A stretch of DNA of 64,000 nt, from assembly GCA_016794035.1 (NCBI GenBank), contig JAEUHS010000016.1, forward strand, positions 6,536 through 70,535. Reading direction: 5' to 3'. Both the position numbers and the translations under genes were made by a program. Each line of letters starts with the position of its first letter. The first letter of the stretch is position 1. The notes below the pieces were generated by a model that had not been told where the DNA came from, ran no database searches, and saw only the letters and a list, made by a program, of their open reading frames with translations. Of the stretch, positions 18,851-30,511 are shown piece after piece. The DNA is from Planctomycetota bacterium (GTDB lineage: Bacteria > Planctomycetota > UBA1135 > UBA2386).

Positions 18851-19932
18851 GCGACGCCGAGTTGCTGCGCGAAGAAGCGCAGCGCCTGCGCCTCGGCCCA
18901 GCGCCGCGGCCGCCACGGCGTGCCGCCGTCGACGAACGCGACGTGGCCGCCGCCGCGCGGGAACTGCGCCAGCAGGAACGGCGATGCCGACACCGCTGCA
19001 CGTGGCAGGATCTCCGGGCGGCACAGTGGGTCGTCGACCGCGGCGATCAGCAGCGTCGGCCGGCGGATCGCCGGCAGGAACGGCCCGCAGCTCTGCGTCG
19101 CGTAGTAGTGCGCGCCGTCGCGGAAGCCGTGCAGCGGTGCGGTGACGAGGTCGTCGAAGGCGCGGAACGTGCGGCACCTGCGCACGGCCGCGAGGTCGAA
19201 GCTGCCGGGATGTTGCGCGTGCTTCGCGACCGCCTTCGGGATCAGCGTGCGCAGGAAGTGGCGCGCGATCCTGCCGCCGTAGCGCTCGTCACATTGCCGC
19301 GCGCAGACGCCGAGATCGAACGGCGGCGAGATCGCCGCCGCCGCGACCAGCGCCGGTGGTGCCAGCGCACCGACCTCGCCGAGCCACTTCAGCAGCACGT
19401 TGCCGCCCAGCGAGAAGCCGAGCGCGAAGATCGGCGCCCGCGGGAAGCGCTGCCGCAGCGTCTGCACCACCAGGGCGAGGTCGGTGGTCTCGCCGCTGTG
19501 GTAGGTGCGTCGCGCGCGGTTCATGACGCCGCCGCACGAGCGGAACTCGAGCACGCAGAACCGCCAGCCGCGCGCGTGTGCCAGCGCGGCCGTCGTGCGC
19601 ACGTACGGCGACTCCCGGCTGCCCTCGAGGCCGTGCAGCAGCAGCACCAGCGGCGCCGTGGCGTCGTCGACGTCGGCGAAGTGCACGCGCACGTCGTCGT
19701 CGTCGGGGGTCGGCCAGGTCTCGGTGCGCAGCGCTGGCATCGGGTCCGCGCACCGCATCGCCACCACCGTCTGCACGATGCCGCTCGGCGCCCACCAGGC
19801 CGACACGAACGGCGTCGGCGCCAGTTCGGCCAGCGCGGCTGCCTTCGCCTGGGGCCCGGTGGGCGCGTTCACGGGCGATGGTTGTAGCGTGCGCCGGCTT
19901 GACGCCGCGCGATTCGCCGCGAGGATCGTCAT
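18847..19932 (-). CDS. alpha/beta-fold hydrolase (YheT/ABHD1-3-like)
   Basis: This is the real 3' part of ORF 18847..20637, starting at ATG 19932. Motifs LLLHGLEGSRESPY, GFSLGGNVLLKWLGE, DDPL and GGHVAF. Confidence 0.8.
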   Translation of the reverse strand: MTILAANRAASSRRTLQPSPVNAPTGPQAKAAALAELAPTPFVSAWWAPSGIVQTVVAMRCADPMPALRTETWPTPDDDDVRVHFADVDDATAPLVLLLHGLEGSRESPYVRTTAALAHARGWRFCVLEFRSCGGVMNRARRTYHSGETTDLALVVQTLRQRFPRAPIFALGFSLGGNVLLKWLGEVGALAPPALVAAAAISPPFDLGVCARQCDERYGGRIARHFLRTLIPKAVAKHAQHPGSFDLAAVRRCRTFRAFDDLVTAPLHGFRDGAHYYATQSCGPFLPAIRRPTLLIAAVDDPLCRPEILPRAAVSASPFLLAQFPRGGGHVAFVDGGTPWRPRRWAEAQALRFFAQQLGVA

Positions 19933-19935
19933 CCC

Positions 19936-20448
19936 GTGGCCACGACCTCGTCGGATCCCTCGCTCGCCGCACCGCGAGCCGCCACCGCGCCGCGCGCGCC
20001 GCTGACGATCCCGCTCGCCGAGGGGCCGGTCGCGGCCTGGATCGATCGCGCCGCCGCGCTCGCGGTCGCCGGTGTCGTCGGCACCGCGGTGGTCGTGATG
20101 GCCTGCGTGCACCCCGACGCGCGCGGCATCGGCACGCACGAGCAGTTCGGCCTCGAGCCGTGCGGCTGGCCGGTTGCCTACGGCATCCCGTGCCCGACCT
20201 GCGGCTGCACGACCGCCGCCTGCCACCTCGTGCACGGGCACCTGTTCACGGCGTTCCAGGTGCAGCCGTTCGGCGCGCTGTCGATGCTGGTGTCGATGCT
20301 GCTCGGGCTGCACGCGCTGCTGTGCCTGTGGCGCGGTTGGTCGTTCGCCGATCTGCTGGTGCGCCTGCCGGTGTGGCGTCTGTTCGGCGCCGGCTTCCTG
20401 CTGCTGCTGCTGTCGTGGGGCTACCTGTGCCTCTACTTCCAGCCGTGA
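19936..20448 (+). CDS. DUF2752 family membrane protein
   Basis: GTG 19936. GIPCPTCGCTTAACHL (a CPxCG motif) followed by several TM helices. Confidence 0.65.
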   Translation: MATTSSDPSLAAPRAATAPRAPLTIPLAEGPVAAWIDRAAALAVAGVVGTAVVVMACVHPDARGIGTHEQFGLEPCGWPVAYGIPCPTCGCTTAACHLVHGHLFTAFQVQPFGALSMLVSMLLGLHALLCLWRGWSFADLLVRLPVWRLFGAGFLLLLLSWGYLCLYFQP

Positions 20449-20476
20449 CGCGGCGCCCGGCGCACCGGTGTCCTGG

Positions 20477-21463
20477 TCAGCGCCGGCCGGGCCGCCGCCG
20501 GCCCTTGCCGCGCTGCTCCGGCTTGCCGCCGCGCACCTCGAGCCGTTCGGCGTCGAGCGCGGCCTCCAGCATCGTGCGGTAGGAACGGTACCGCGACGGC
20601 GCCAGCCGACCCGCGTCGAGCGCGGCGCGCACCGCACACTTCTGCTCCTCGGCGTGCAGGCAGCTGCGGTAGTCGCACTGCGGCAGCAGCGCGGCGAGCT
20701 CCGGGAACAGGAACTGCAGCTCCTGCGAGCCGGTGCAGAACAGGTGGAAGTTGCGCACGCCGGGCGTGTCGAGCACGTGGCCGCCGCCGGGCAGCGGCAG
20801 CAGTTCGGTGTGCGTCGTGGTGTGGCGGCCCTGGCGGATGTGGTTGAGGTCGCCGACGCGCAGCTGCACGTCCGGCACGACCGCGTTCAGCAGTGACGAC
20901 TTGCCGGCGCCCGACAGGCCGACGACCACGGTGCGGTTCTGGTGCAGCAGTGCGCCGATCTCCTGCAGCGCCGCGGCCGTCTCGCTGCCGGCCTGCACGC
21001 TGGTGGCCAGCACGTGCACGCCGGCGTGCGCGTAGACGGCGCGCCAGGACGCCGCGGCGGCCGGATCGAGGTCCGACTTGGTCAGCACCAGCGTCGCCGG
21101 GATGCGCTCGCGGGCGGCGGCGGCGAGGATGCCGTCGACCAGCTCGGGCTGGAACGGCGGCGACGACACGCTGGCGACCGCGAGCACCTGGGTCAGGTTC
21201 GCGGCCAGCACCTGCGCGCGTTCCTCGCCCTCGGTGCTGGCGCGGCGGTGCAGCTGCGAGCTGCGCGGCAGCACCGCGTCGATCGCCTTGCCGGTGGCGT
21301 CGAGCACGACGCGGTCGCCGACCGCGAGCGGCCGCTTCTCGCCCGACACGCCGTCGAACAGCTTGCCCGCCAGCGGCAGCAGCCGGCGCTCGCCGTCGAC
21401 CTCGACGTGGCACAGCTTGGCGTCGATGCGTAGAACGAGGCCCTGCGGCGATGACGGTTGCAT
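20477..21463 (-). CDS. rsgA: ribosome small-subunit-dependent GTPase A
   Basis: This is the real 3' part of ORF 20477..21805, starting at ATG 21463. Circularly permuted GTPase motifs LTKSDL and GLSGAGKSSLLN, DTPG, and a zinc knuckle CDYRSCLHAEEQKCAV. Confidence 0.9.
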   Translation of the reverse strand: MQPSSPQGLVLRIDAKLCHVEVDGERRLLPLAGKLFDGVSGEKRPLAVGDRVVLDATGKAIDAVLPRSSQLHRRASTEGEERAQVLAANLTQVLAVASVSSPPFQPELVDGILAAAARERIPATLVLTKSDLDPAAAASWRAVYAHAGVHVLATSVQAGSETAAALQEIGALLHQNRTVVVGLSGAGKSSLLNAVVPDVQLRVGDLNHIRQGRHTTTHTELLPLPGGGHVLDTPGVRNFHLFCTGSQELQFLFPELAALLPQCDYRSCLHAEEQKCAVRAALDAGRLAPSRYRSYRTMLEAALDAERLEVRGGKPEQRGKGRRRPGRR

Positions 21464-22395
21464 CCGGAACGACTTCGGTTGGGAGACTGGCGCCGAGCCC
21501 GACCGGAGCCCTGCACCTCGGCAACGCGCGCACGTTCCTGCTGGCCTGGCTGTCGATCCGGTCGCGCGGGGGCACTCTACTGCTGCGCGTCGAGGACATC
21601 GATGGTCCACGCGTGAAGCCGGCGACGGTGGCCCAGGCGCTCGAGGACCTGCGCTGGCTCGGGCTCGACTGGGACGGCGAACCGGTGCGGCAGAGCGAAC
21701 GGCTGGCGCGCTACGAACGTGCCGCCGCGGCGCTGCTCGCCGCGGGTCGTGCCTACCCATGCGTGTGTTCGCGCAGCGAGGTCGAGGCGGCGGCGTCGGC
21801 GCCACACGCCGGCGAGGAGGGGCCGGCGTACCCGGGCACCTGCCGCGGGCGGTTCGCCGATCTCGCGGCCGCGAAGGCGGCGACCGGTCGCGATGCGGCG
21901 CTGCGCTTCCGCGTCGACGAGCAGCAGGTGCCGTTCGACGACGGTTTCTGCGGTCCGCAGCGCGGCGCGATCGAGGGCGACTTCGTGATCCAGAAGCGCG
22001 ACGGTGGTCCGGCCTACCAGCTCGCGGTCGTCGTCGACGACGCGGCGCAGGGCGTCACCGAGGTCGTGCGCGCCGGTGATCTGCTGCCGAGCACGCCGCG
22101 GCAGCTGCTGCTCTACCGCGCGCTCGGGCTGCGGCCGCCGCGCTTCCTGCACGTGCCGCTGGTGATCGGCAGCGACGGCCGTCGGTTGGCGAAGCGCCAC
22201 GGCGACACGTCGCTGCGTCACCTGCGCGGGCTCGGGGTGCCTGCCGACGTGGTCGCCGGCCAGCTCGCGTTCCTCAGTGGCCTCGGGCCCGCGGGAGGGC
22301 GCTGTCACCCCCGCGATCTGCTGGCCGGGTTCGACTGGAACCGCGTGCCGCGCGGTCCCGTGCGCGGCGACGAGACCGGCTGGCACCGCGGCTGA
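21451..22395 (+). CDS. gluQ: glutamyl-Q tRNA(Asp) synthetase
   Basis: This is the real 3' part of ORF 20893..22395, starting at ATG 21451. Motifs GRLAPSPTGALHLGNARTFL (HIGH-type), YPCVCSR...YPGTCR (zinc site), QLAVVVDD and RLAKRHG (KMSKS-like). Confidence 0.88.
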   Translation: MTVASGTTSVGRLAPSPTGALHLGNARTFLLAWLSIRSRGGTLLLRVEDIDGPRVKPATVAQALEDLRWLGLDWDGEPVRQSERLARYERAAAALLAAGRAYPCVCSRSEVEAAASAPHAGEEGPAYPGTCRGRFADLAAAKAATGRDAALRFRVDEQQVPFDDGFCGPQRGAIEGDFVIQKRDGGPAYQLAVVVDDAAQGVTEVVRAGDLLPSTPRQLLLYRALGLRPPRFLHVPLVIGSDGRRLAKRHGDTSLRHLRGLGVPADVVAGQLAFLSGLGPAGGRCHPRDLLAGFDWNRVPRGPVRGDETGWHRG

Positions 22396-22403
22396 GGCGG
22401 GCG

Positions 22404-25331
22404 TCAGCGCGGCGACGGGCGCACGCCGTACGGCGCCAGCTCGCGCGCGAGCGCGTCGGTCCAGCGTTCGAACTGGACGGCGCCGGCGGCGTCGAGGTGT
22501 GCGTCGAGCGCGCGGCACGCCGCATCCCAGCAGGCGATCGCATACGACTGCGCCGGCACCTGGGCGCCGTCGAGCGCGGCCACATCGCAGAACGACAGCA
22601 GATTCCGGCGCCACCGGTCCTGCCAGGCAGCGAGATCGAAGCTGCCGGCTGCCGCCGGTTCCAGGGCCGTCGTGCGCAGCAGGTCGGCAGCCGGTCGCAG
22701 CGTCGTCGGCAGTTCGGCGGCGCGCCCGACCAGCGCCGCCGCGAAGCCGCCGCGCGCGGCGGCGGCGGCGTTCGGGTTCCACCAGGACTGGACGAGCAAC
22801 GGCAGGCCGATCGCGAGCAGCATGGCGCCGGTCGCGACGGTCCAGCGCCGACGCCGGCGGCGGACCGCGGCAGCGCGTTCCTGCAGCACTCGCTCGCCGG
22901 CCTGCTGGCACTGCGCCGCGAGCTTGCGCCAGTGCTCCAGCAATCGCAGCAGGCGTCCGGGGGCTTCGGTCTCGTGGCCGGACGCGGCCACCGCCGCCGC
23001 GACCTCGTCGATCGTCGCGCGGATGATCCGTGCCCGGGCTGGCAGCTCCGAGGTGCCGTCGAGCTGCTGCTCGGCCATCGCGGCGTGTTCGAGCGTGATC
23101 TGCGTCTCGACGTCGCGCAGGTCCTTGGTGTAGAGCATCGCGCGGTCGGCGGCGACGTTCATCGTCAGCAGGTGCAGGCAGTCGCGCCGCTCGGTCAGCG
23201 CCTGCAGCCGATCGGCGAACGACGACGACGGGTCGTCCTGCAGCGAGCCGTAGCGCGTCGTCAGCTCGACGTTGCGGCGCACGGCGGCGTCGACCTCGAG
23301 CCGGCGGCGCCTGGCGTCCGCGAGGCGGGCCTGCAGGCGCGCGGCTTCGGCACGGTCGTGTTCGTCGAGCGGGTTGAGTTCGGCGACCGCACGTTCCATG
23401 TCGAACAGCCCGGTCGTCCAGTGGCCGCGCGCCAGCGCGCTCTCGGCGCCCTCCGCGAGCCGGTCGCGCGTCGCCCGCGCCTGGTCGAGGCGCAGCCGCA
23501 GCGATTCGATCGCGTCCTGCAGCTGACTGCGCGGCTGCTCGGGCCGGTCGACGAACGCCTCGAGGATGCGGAACGTGTCCAGCCGCGCGAGCGCGGCCTG
23601 CAGCGGGCGCACCGGCACCGGCACGGAGCGCAGCAGCGCCTCCGCCTCGTCGCGCGCCTGCCAGGCCCGATCGGTCAGGTCGAACAGCGCCTGGCTCAGC
23701 GCCTCGTACGCCGGCGTCACCGGCGGCAGGTGGGGGAACTCCTCGCTGAGGTTGACCAGCGTGATCTGCAGGCTGCGCAGGCCGACGACGCCGGTCGAGG
23801 ACTCGTGGCGCGAACGGCCCTGCACGGCGTCGACGGCGGCGGCCACGAAGCTGGTCAGCGGCGCCAGCGCCACCGCATCCCAGAGGGTCGCCACGCGCTC
23901 GACGTTCGGTTGCGCCCGGGCGACGCGTTCGAGGTAGAAGCCGAGCCGATGCAGCTGGTCGCGCTGCCGCGTCGCCGTCGGCGACACGCCGCCGTGGCGC
24001 GCCGCCATCGCCTCGATCGCCTGTTCGGTGCCAGCGAGGTCGAGCCGGCTCTCGGCGCCGAGGATGGCCTGCGTCTGCTGCGCCAGTTCCTCGCGCGCCG
24101 CGCCGAGCTGGCGTTCGAGCTGCTGCAGGTAGCCGATCGGATCGCGGTGCAGGCGCGTCGCGGCGGCGGGGGGCACGCTCGGGATCGCGCAGCCGCCGGG
24201 CAGCTGCAGGCAGTCGTGTGCGAGCCGTCGGGCGTCGTCGAGCCATTCGGCCGCGGCGGCGAACTCCTCCGACCGCCGCAGGGTGTCGATGTGGGCCGCG
24301 GCGTCGGCGAGCAGACGCCCCGCGGTCTGGCAGAGCGTGCGGCGCCACTGCAGCGTCTCGCGGTGGCGCGGGAAGCGCTGCAGCACGCGCGCGGCGGTCG
24401 CCAGTTCGCGGCGCAGGGCCGCCGGCTCGGTCGGCAGCGCGCGCGGGATCGTCAGCAGCTGCGGCAGCCGACGCAGCCGGCCCCGGCTGTGTCGCACCCA
24501 TGCCGCCAGCGCCGGGCGCATCGCCGCGAACGTCGGCGGTTGCAGGACGCCGCGCGCGGCCGCGTCGAGCACCGCCTCTTCGGCGTCGCCGTCGAGGCGC
24601 GTCGCCAGTTCGTGCAGCGCCGCCGCGGCCGCGCCCGCGGTCGGTCGCCGCTGCGGGTCCGGATCGAGCAGGCGTTCGAGCAGCGCGACCACGGCCGCGG
24701 GTTGCGGCAGGGCCGTGCTGCCGCCGCCGCTCAGCAGCCAGCGCCACGTCGCGCCGAGACCGAACACGTCGCCCGCCGCGCTCGGCGGTTCGTCGGCATG
24801 GAACTCGCTCGGCATGGCGCGCGGCGGCGAGCCGTCGGCGCCGTTGGTCGGCGAAGGAATCGGGGCCGCATGCTCGAAGTCGAGCAGCAGCGTGGTCGCC
24901 TGCGTCGCCAGCAGGTTCTTCGGCCGGACATCGCCGTGGCAGATGCCCGCCGGCGCCGTGGCGGTGCGGATCGCATGCAGCCGCGCGAGGGTCTCGGCCA
25001 CCGGCGCCAGCAGGCGGCACGCCAGCGCGGCCGGCAGCGCACCCTGCTCGCCGACCAGGCGGTCGAGGTCGGTGCCCTCGACGAACGTCGTCGTCAGGCA
25101 CGGCCGCTGCGTGGTCGGGTCGAGCGCGCAGTCGAGGTAGGCCACGACGCCGGGACCGGCGCCGCACCGTCCCATCGCCAGCTCCCGTTCGGCGTCGGCG
25201 AGCGAGCCCGACACGACCAACTTGCGGACCACGCGTTCGCCGCGGACCGGGTCCGTCGTGACGAACACGGTCCGGTGCGGCGAAGCGTGCAGCAGCCGGT
25301 CGGCGGCCGCAGAAGCGGCGGAGCGGGTCAT
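22404..25331 (-). CDS. atypical protein-kinase-like domain protein with ~650-aa helical region and a C-proximal TM helix
   Basis: This is the real 3' part of ORF 22404..27359, starting at ATG 25331. Kinase elements VVRKL (beta3 Lys), AERELAMG (alphaC Glu), CHGDVRPKNLL (catalytic loop) and LLDFEHA (DFE in place of DFG). No GxGxxG loop. TM helix WTVATGAMLLAIGLPLLVQSWW. Confidence 0.7.
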   Translation of the reverse strand: MTRSAASAAADRLLHASPHRTVFVTTDPVRGERVVRKLVVSGSLADAERELAMGRCGAGPGVVAYLDCALDPTTQRPCLTTTFVEGTDLDRLVGEQGALPAALACRLLAPVAETLARLHAIRTATAPAGICHGDVRPKNLLATQATTLLLDFEHAAPIPSPTNGADGSPPRAMPSEFHADEPPSAAGDVFGLGATWRWLLSGGGSTALPQPAAVVALLERLLDPDPQRRPTAGAAAAALHELATRLDGDAEEAVLDAAARGVLQPPTFAAMRPALAAWVRHSRGRLRRLPQLLTIPRALPTEPAALRRELATAARVLQRFPRHRETLQWRRTLCQTAGRLLADAAAHIDTLRRSEEFAAAAEWLDDARRLAHDCLQLPGGCAIPSVPPAAATRLHRDPIGYLQQLERQLGAAREELAQQTQAILGAESRLDLAGTEQAIEAMAARHGGVSPTATRQRDQLHRLGFYLERVARAQPNVERVATLWDAVALAPLTSFVAAAVDAVQGRSRHESSTGVVGLRSLQITLVNLSEEFPHLPPVTPAYEALSQALFDLTDRAWQARDEAEALLRSVPVPVRPLQAALARLDTFRILEAFVDRPEQPRSQLQDAIESLRLRLDQARATRDRLAEGAESALARGHWTTGLFDMERAVAELNPLDEHDRAEAARLQARLADARRRRLEVDAAVRRNVELTTRYGSLQDDPSSSFADRLQALTERRDCLHLLTMNVAADRAMLYTKDLRDVETQITLEHAAMAEQQLDGTSELPARARIIRATIDEVAAAVAASGHETEAPGRLLRLLEHWRKLAAQCQQAGERVLQERAAAVRRRRRRWTVATGAMLLAIGLPLLVQSWWNPNAAAAARGGFAAALVGRAAELPTTLRPAADLLRTTALEPAAAGSFDLAAWQDRWRRNLLSFCDVAALDGAQVPAQSYAIACWDAACRALDAHLDAAGAVQFERWTDALARELAPYGVRPSPR

Positions 25332-25526
25332 GGAGGCAAGGGCGCCGGCGCGCACCGCGGGTGCGGTGACGAGCCGTCGACAGCAGGGGTGGATCCGCGT
25401 CGGCAAGCCGAGGTGGTGGCGGACCACGCCAAGTGTAGCAGCGCGTCGGGCCCCGGGCAGGCCGTTCGTCGACGGGAATCCGACACCCCACTGCCCAGGC
25501 TGGCCGGCATCGGCGACAATCCGACG

Positions 25527-27377
<1,851 letters not shown>

Positions 27378-27386
27378 CCGGCGCGA

Positions 27387-28034
27387 CTACTCGTTCTTCG
27401 GCAGCGACGAGATGAAGCGGTCGGCCTCGTCGATCGACTTCTGCATCTCCGCGACGAGGCCGGCGACATCGGTCTGGATGCGCACGGCTTCGTCCTGCAG
27501 CGAGCTGATCGCCGCCGCGTTCAGGTTGTGCTTCAGGAACAGCACCTGGTCGTTGAACGCCGTCAGCACCGGCTGCATGCGCTGCTCGGCGGCCTGCATG
27601 GTGCCGATCAGGGTCGCATAGCGCCGCTCGGTGTCGCCCTTCATCTGCTCGCTCTGCGCCCGCAGCTTCGGATTCTGGATCTGGCCGATCTCCTCGCCCC
27701 ACTCGGTGAACATGTCGCGGCTGACCTTCTCGATCGAGGCGATGCGCGACGTCACGTCGGCGGCGCGCGCGACACTGGTGTCGTAGAGACCCTTGAACTG
27801 CTTGTACTTCTTCTCGAGTTCGCCGCCCTGGAAGCCGGTCAGGCCCTGGAACGCCTCGAACGTGGTCTGGATCTGCTGCTTGGCTTCCGACTGCGATTCG
27901 CGGGCCTCCTGGACGCGCTCGACCAGGAGGTCGCGCTTCTGGTAGCCGAACTTCTCCATCGTCGCGTAGTAGATGCCGCTGCACGCGGTGAGGGTCGACA
28001 GCAGGAGCACGGTGGGGATCTGGCGCATCGTCAT
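27387..28034 (-). CDS. DUF2959 family lipoprotein
   Basis: This is the real 3' part of ORF 27387..29105, starting at ATG 28034. Lipobox LSTLTAC. YYATMEKFGYQKRDLLVERVQEARESQ...FNDQVLFLKHNLNAAAI matches my memory of DUF2959. Confidence 0.8.
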   Translation of the reverse strand: MTMRQIPTVLLLSTLTACSGIYYATMEKFGYQKRDLLVERVQEARESQSEAKQQIQTTFEAFQGLTGFQGGELEKKYKQFKGLYDTSVARAADVTSRIASIEKVSRDMFTEWGEEIGQIQNPKLRAQSEQMKGDTERRYATLIGTMQAAEQRMQPVLTAFNDQVLFLKHNLNAAAISSLQDEAVRIQTDVAGLVAEMQKSIDEADRFISSLPKNE

Positions 28035-28172
28035 CGGGGAGGTGTGGTGTGGCACCGTTGTCCACGCGGCACCCCGACCGCTCAAGAGGTTGTTCGAGCG
28101 AGACGCCCGGACCAGCGGTTTGCCCCGTTCGTACGATACTCGCGGCAAGCCCGTTGCTAGGTTTGGCCGCCC

Positions 28173-29108
28173 TTGCAGTCTCGCCCCTCGGACCCTGTCG
28201 CGACGCTGACGGTCGTCGGCGACGTGCATCGCTGGTGGCGGCCCGCCGATGCCGCCTTTCTCGAGCGTACGCGCCCCGACCTGTCGCTGTTCGTCGGTGA
28301 CCTCGGCGACGAGGACGTGCCGATCGTGCGTGCGATCGCGTCGCTGCCGGTGCCGAAGGCCGTGATCCTCGGCAACCACGACGCCTGGCAGAGCTTCGGC
28401 CGCCGCGTCGCGACCGACAGGCTGCGCGAGTCGCTGGAGGTGCTCGGCGAGGACCACGTCGCCTACGCGGTGCGCGAGGTGCCGCGCGCCGGCCTGTCGC
28501 TGATCGGTGCGCGGCCGTTCTCGTGGGGCGGCCAGAGCCTGCGCAGCCCGGAGCTCTACGACGAGATCTACGGCATCCACACCGCCCGCCAGTCGGCCGC
28601 GGCGATCGTCGACGCGGCGCGCAACGCGCAGCACCGCGACCTGGTGATCCTCGCGCACAACGGCCCGCTCGGGCTCGGCGACCAGAGCCACGACATCTGG
28701 GGCAAGGACTTCGGCAAACCGGGCGGCGACTGGGGCGACCGCGACCTCGCCTTGGCGATCCAGCGCATCGAGGGCTTCGGCCTGCGCGTGCGCGCGGTCA
28801 TCGCCGGCCACATGCACCATCGCCTGGTGCACCCGCGCGGCGGCGAACGCACGCGCTTCGTGCGCCGCGGCGGCACCATGTTCCTCAACGCGGCGTTCGT
28901 GCCGCGCGTGCAGAAGGCCGAGAACGGCGACGAGCTGTCCTACTTCCTGCGCACGCGGTGGCAGGCGGGAGAGTGCGTCGCGGTCGAAGAGGTCTGGGTC
29001 GACGTGCACGGCGACGAGCGCGAGGCGAGCACGCCGACGTTCGTCGAACTGGAGGGCGGCGCCCCGGCCGTCGACGAACTGCACGAAGGCGACGAGCCGG
29101 CGCAATAG
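28173..29108 (+). CDS. calcineurin-like metallophosphoesterase
   Basis: TTG 28173. Motifs VVGDVH, VGDLGDE, LGNHDAW, LAHNGP and AGHMHH. Confidence 0.8.
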   Translation: MQSRPSDPVATLTVVGDVHRWWRPADAAFLERTRPDLSLFVGDLGDEDVPIVRAIASLPVPKAVILGNHDAWQSFGRRVATDRLRESLEVLGEDHVAYAVREVPRAGLSLIGARPFSWGGQSLRSPELYDEIYGIHTARQSAAAIVDAARNAQHRDLVILAHNGPLGLGDQSHDIWGKDFGKPGGDWGDRDLALAIQRIEGFGLRVRAVIAGHMHHRLVHPRGGERTRFVRRGGTMFLNAAFVPRVQKAENGDELSYFLRTRWQAGECVAVEEVWVDVHGDEREASTPTFVELEGGAPAVDELHEGDEPAQ

Positions 29109-29213
29109 GGGTGGGTGACGGCCGACCGGGCCGCCGGTCTGCCCGGGCCTGCGCGACCCGGCCGCGCGGGAACGTCACGTCCCGTCGCCGCGCCGCCGCG
29201 GTCGGCTGCACCC

Positions 29214-30470
29214 TCAGTGCGCGGCTGCGGCGACCTGCTCGACGGCGCGCCAGACGCGCAGCAGGTTGCCCGACCAGATCTTGCCGATCTGTTCTTTGGT
29301 GTAGCCGCGGCGCACCAGCTCGCGGGTGACGTTGCGGCTCTCGCTGGCGTCGTTCCAGCCGACGATGCCGCCGCCGCCGTCGAAGTCCGAACCGATGCCG
29401 CAGTGGTCGATGCCGGCGACCTGCACGATGTGGTCGATGTGGTCGACGAAGTCCTGCACGTTGGCCTTCGGGTACTTGGCGTCGATCGGCGCGATGCCGT
29501 CGCGGTACCTGGCCCAGCGGCGCTCGCGTTCCTCGGCCGACACGTCGTCGGTGCCGTATCGCCCGACGCCGCACTCCTGCATCAGCGCCTCCTCGGCAGC
29601 GGCGCGCTCGGGGCTGCTCTTCAGGAAGCTGCCGAGCGCGACGCACTGCACGACGCCGCCCTTCGCGGCCAGCGCGCGTAGCTGCTCGTCGTCGAGGTTG
29701 CGGGTGTGGTCGTTGACGGCGCGGGCGCCGGAGTGCGACGCGATCACCGGCGCCTTGCTCAGCGCGACCGCCTGCATCATCGTCGACTTCGCCGCGTGCG
29801 AGACGTCGACCATGATGCCGAGCCGGTTCATCGCCGCGATCGCCTGCCTGCCGAGTTCGCTGAGGCCGCCGTGCAGCGGTTCGGCCGGCGTGTGCGAGTC
29901 GCCGAGCTGCGTGTGGCCGTTGTGCGCGATGCTCATGTAGCGGGCGCCGCGGGCGTAGAACTCGTCGATCAGCGCCAGGTCTTCGCCCATCGGGTAGCCG
30001 TTCTCGATGCCGATGCAGGCGATCAGCTTGCCCTGCTGGTGCAGCCGCTCGACGTCGTCGGGGGACGTCGCGAGGCCGATCGTGTCGGGAAACAGGCGCA
30101 CCATGCGGTGGATCGCGTCGAACTTGGCGTTGGCCTCGGCCAATGCGCGCTTGTAGCCGCCGGCGTTCAGCTGCCGCTGGTCGGTGTAGACGATGAAGAA
30201 CGCGCAGTCGTAGCCGCCCTCGCGCATCTTGACGAAGTCGACCTGCGCGTCGCCGCGGATCGACGGGTCGTACAGCCGGCGGAACCTCTCGCGGGTCGCC
30301 GGGTCGTCGGGCAGCGACTCGGGCGCCAGCTTCGCGTCGATGTCCTTGTGCGTGTCGAGCGTCAGCACGCGCGCGTGGATCGCGTCGGCGCGGGCGTCGA
30401 GGGCGGCGTCGTCCTGCGCCGTCAGCGCGGCGACGACGAGGAACGGCAGGACGAGCAGGGCGTGGCGCAT
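29214..30470 (-). CDS. membrane dipeptidase (peptidase M19), secreted
   Basis: ORF 29214..30641 trimmed to ATG 30470, with signal peptide MRHALLVLPFLVVAALTAQ. Motifs LDTHKD, GIENG, MSIAHNGHTQLGDS, VDVSHA, ASHSGARA and GIGSDFDGGGG. Confidence 0.88.
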   Translation of the reverse strand: MRHALLVLPFLVVAALTAQDDAALDARADAIHARVLTLDTHKDIDAKLAPESLPDDPATRERFRRLYDPSIRGDAQVDFVKMREGGYDCAFFIVYTDQRQLNAGGYKRALAEANAKFDAIHRMVRLFPDTIGLATSPDDVERLHQQGKLIACIGIENGYPMGEDLALIDEFYARGARYMSIAHNGHTQLGDSHTPAEPLHGGLSELGRQAIAAMNRLGIMVDVSHAAKSTMMQAVALSKAPVIASHSGARAVNDHTRNLDDEQLRALAAKGGVVQCVALGSFLKSSPERAAAEEALMQECGVGRYGTDDVSAEERERRWARYRDGIAPIDAKYPKANVQDFVDHIDHIVQVAGIDHCGIGSDFDGGGGIVGWNDASESRNVTRELVRRGYTKEQIGKIWSGNLLRVWRAVEQVAAAAH

Positions 30471-30511
30471 CGCCGCACAACTAGCACGGCGCCGCCGCGC
30501 GGGCCAGTCCG

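Noticed and set aside
21577-25491. 1304-aa minus ORF, plus the 5' 1010 codons of + ORF 22497..27377 and the 5' part of minus ORF 22404..27359
   Set aside because: Low-complexity Arg/Ala/Pro composition. They overlap the well-supported gluQ, kinase-like and sigma-54 activator frames. Only the motif-bearing segments were kept.
28050-28065. TGGCACCGTTGTCCAC as a sigma-54 -24/-12 promoter for the phosphoesterase gene, a possible target of the nearby EBP
   Set aside because: The -12 element is missing: there is no TTGC at the required spacing after TGGCAC. Other TGGCAC occurrences I checked (for example around 42350, 32572, and reverse-strand hits inside the Kelch genes) also lack TTGC or are intragenic.
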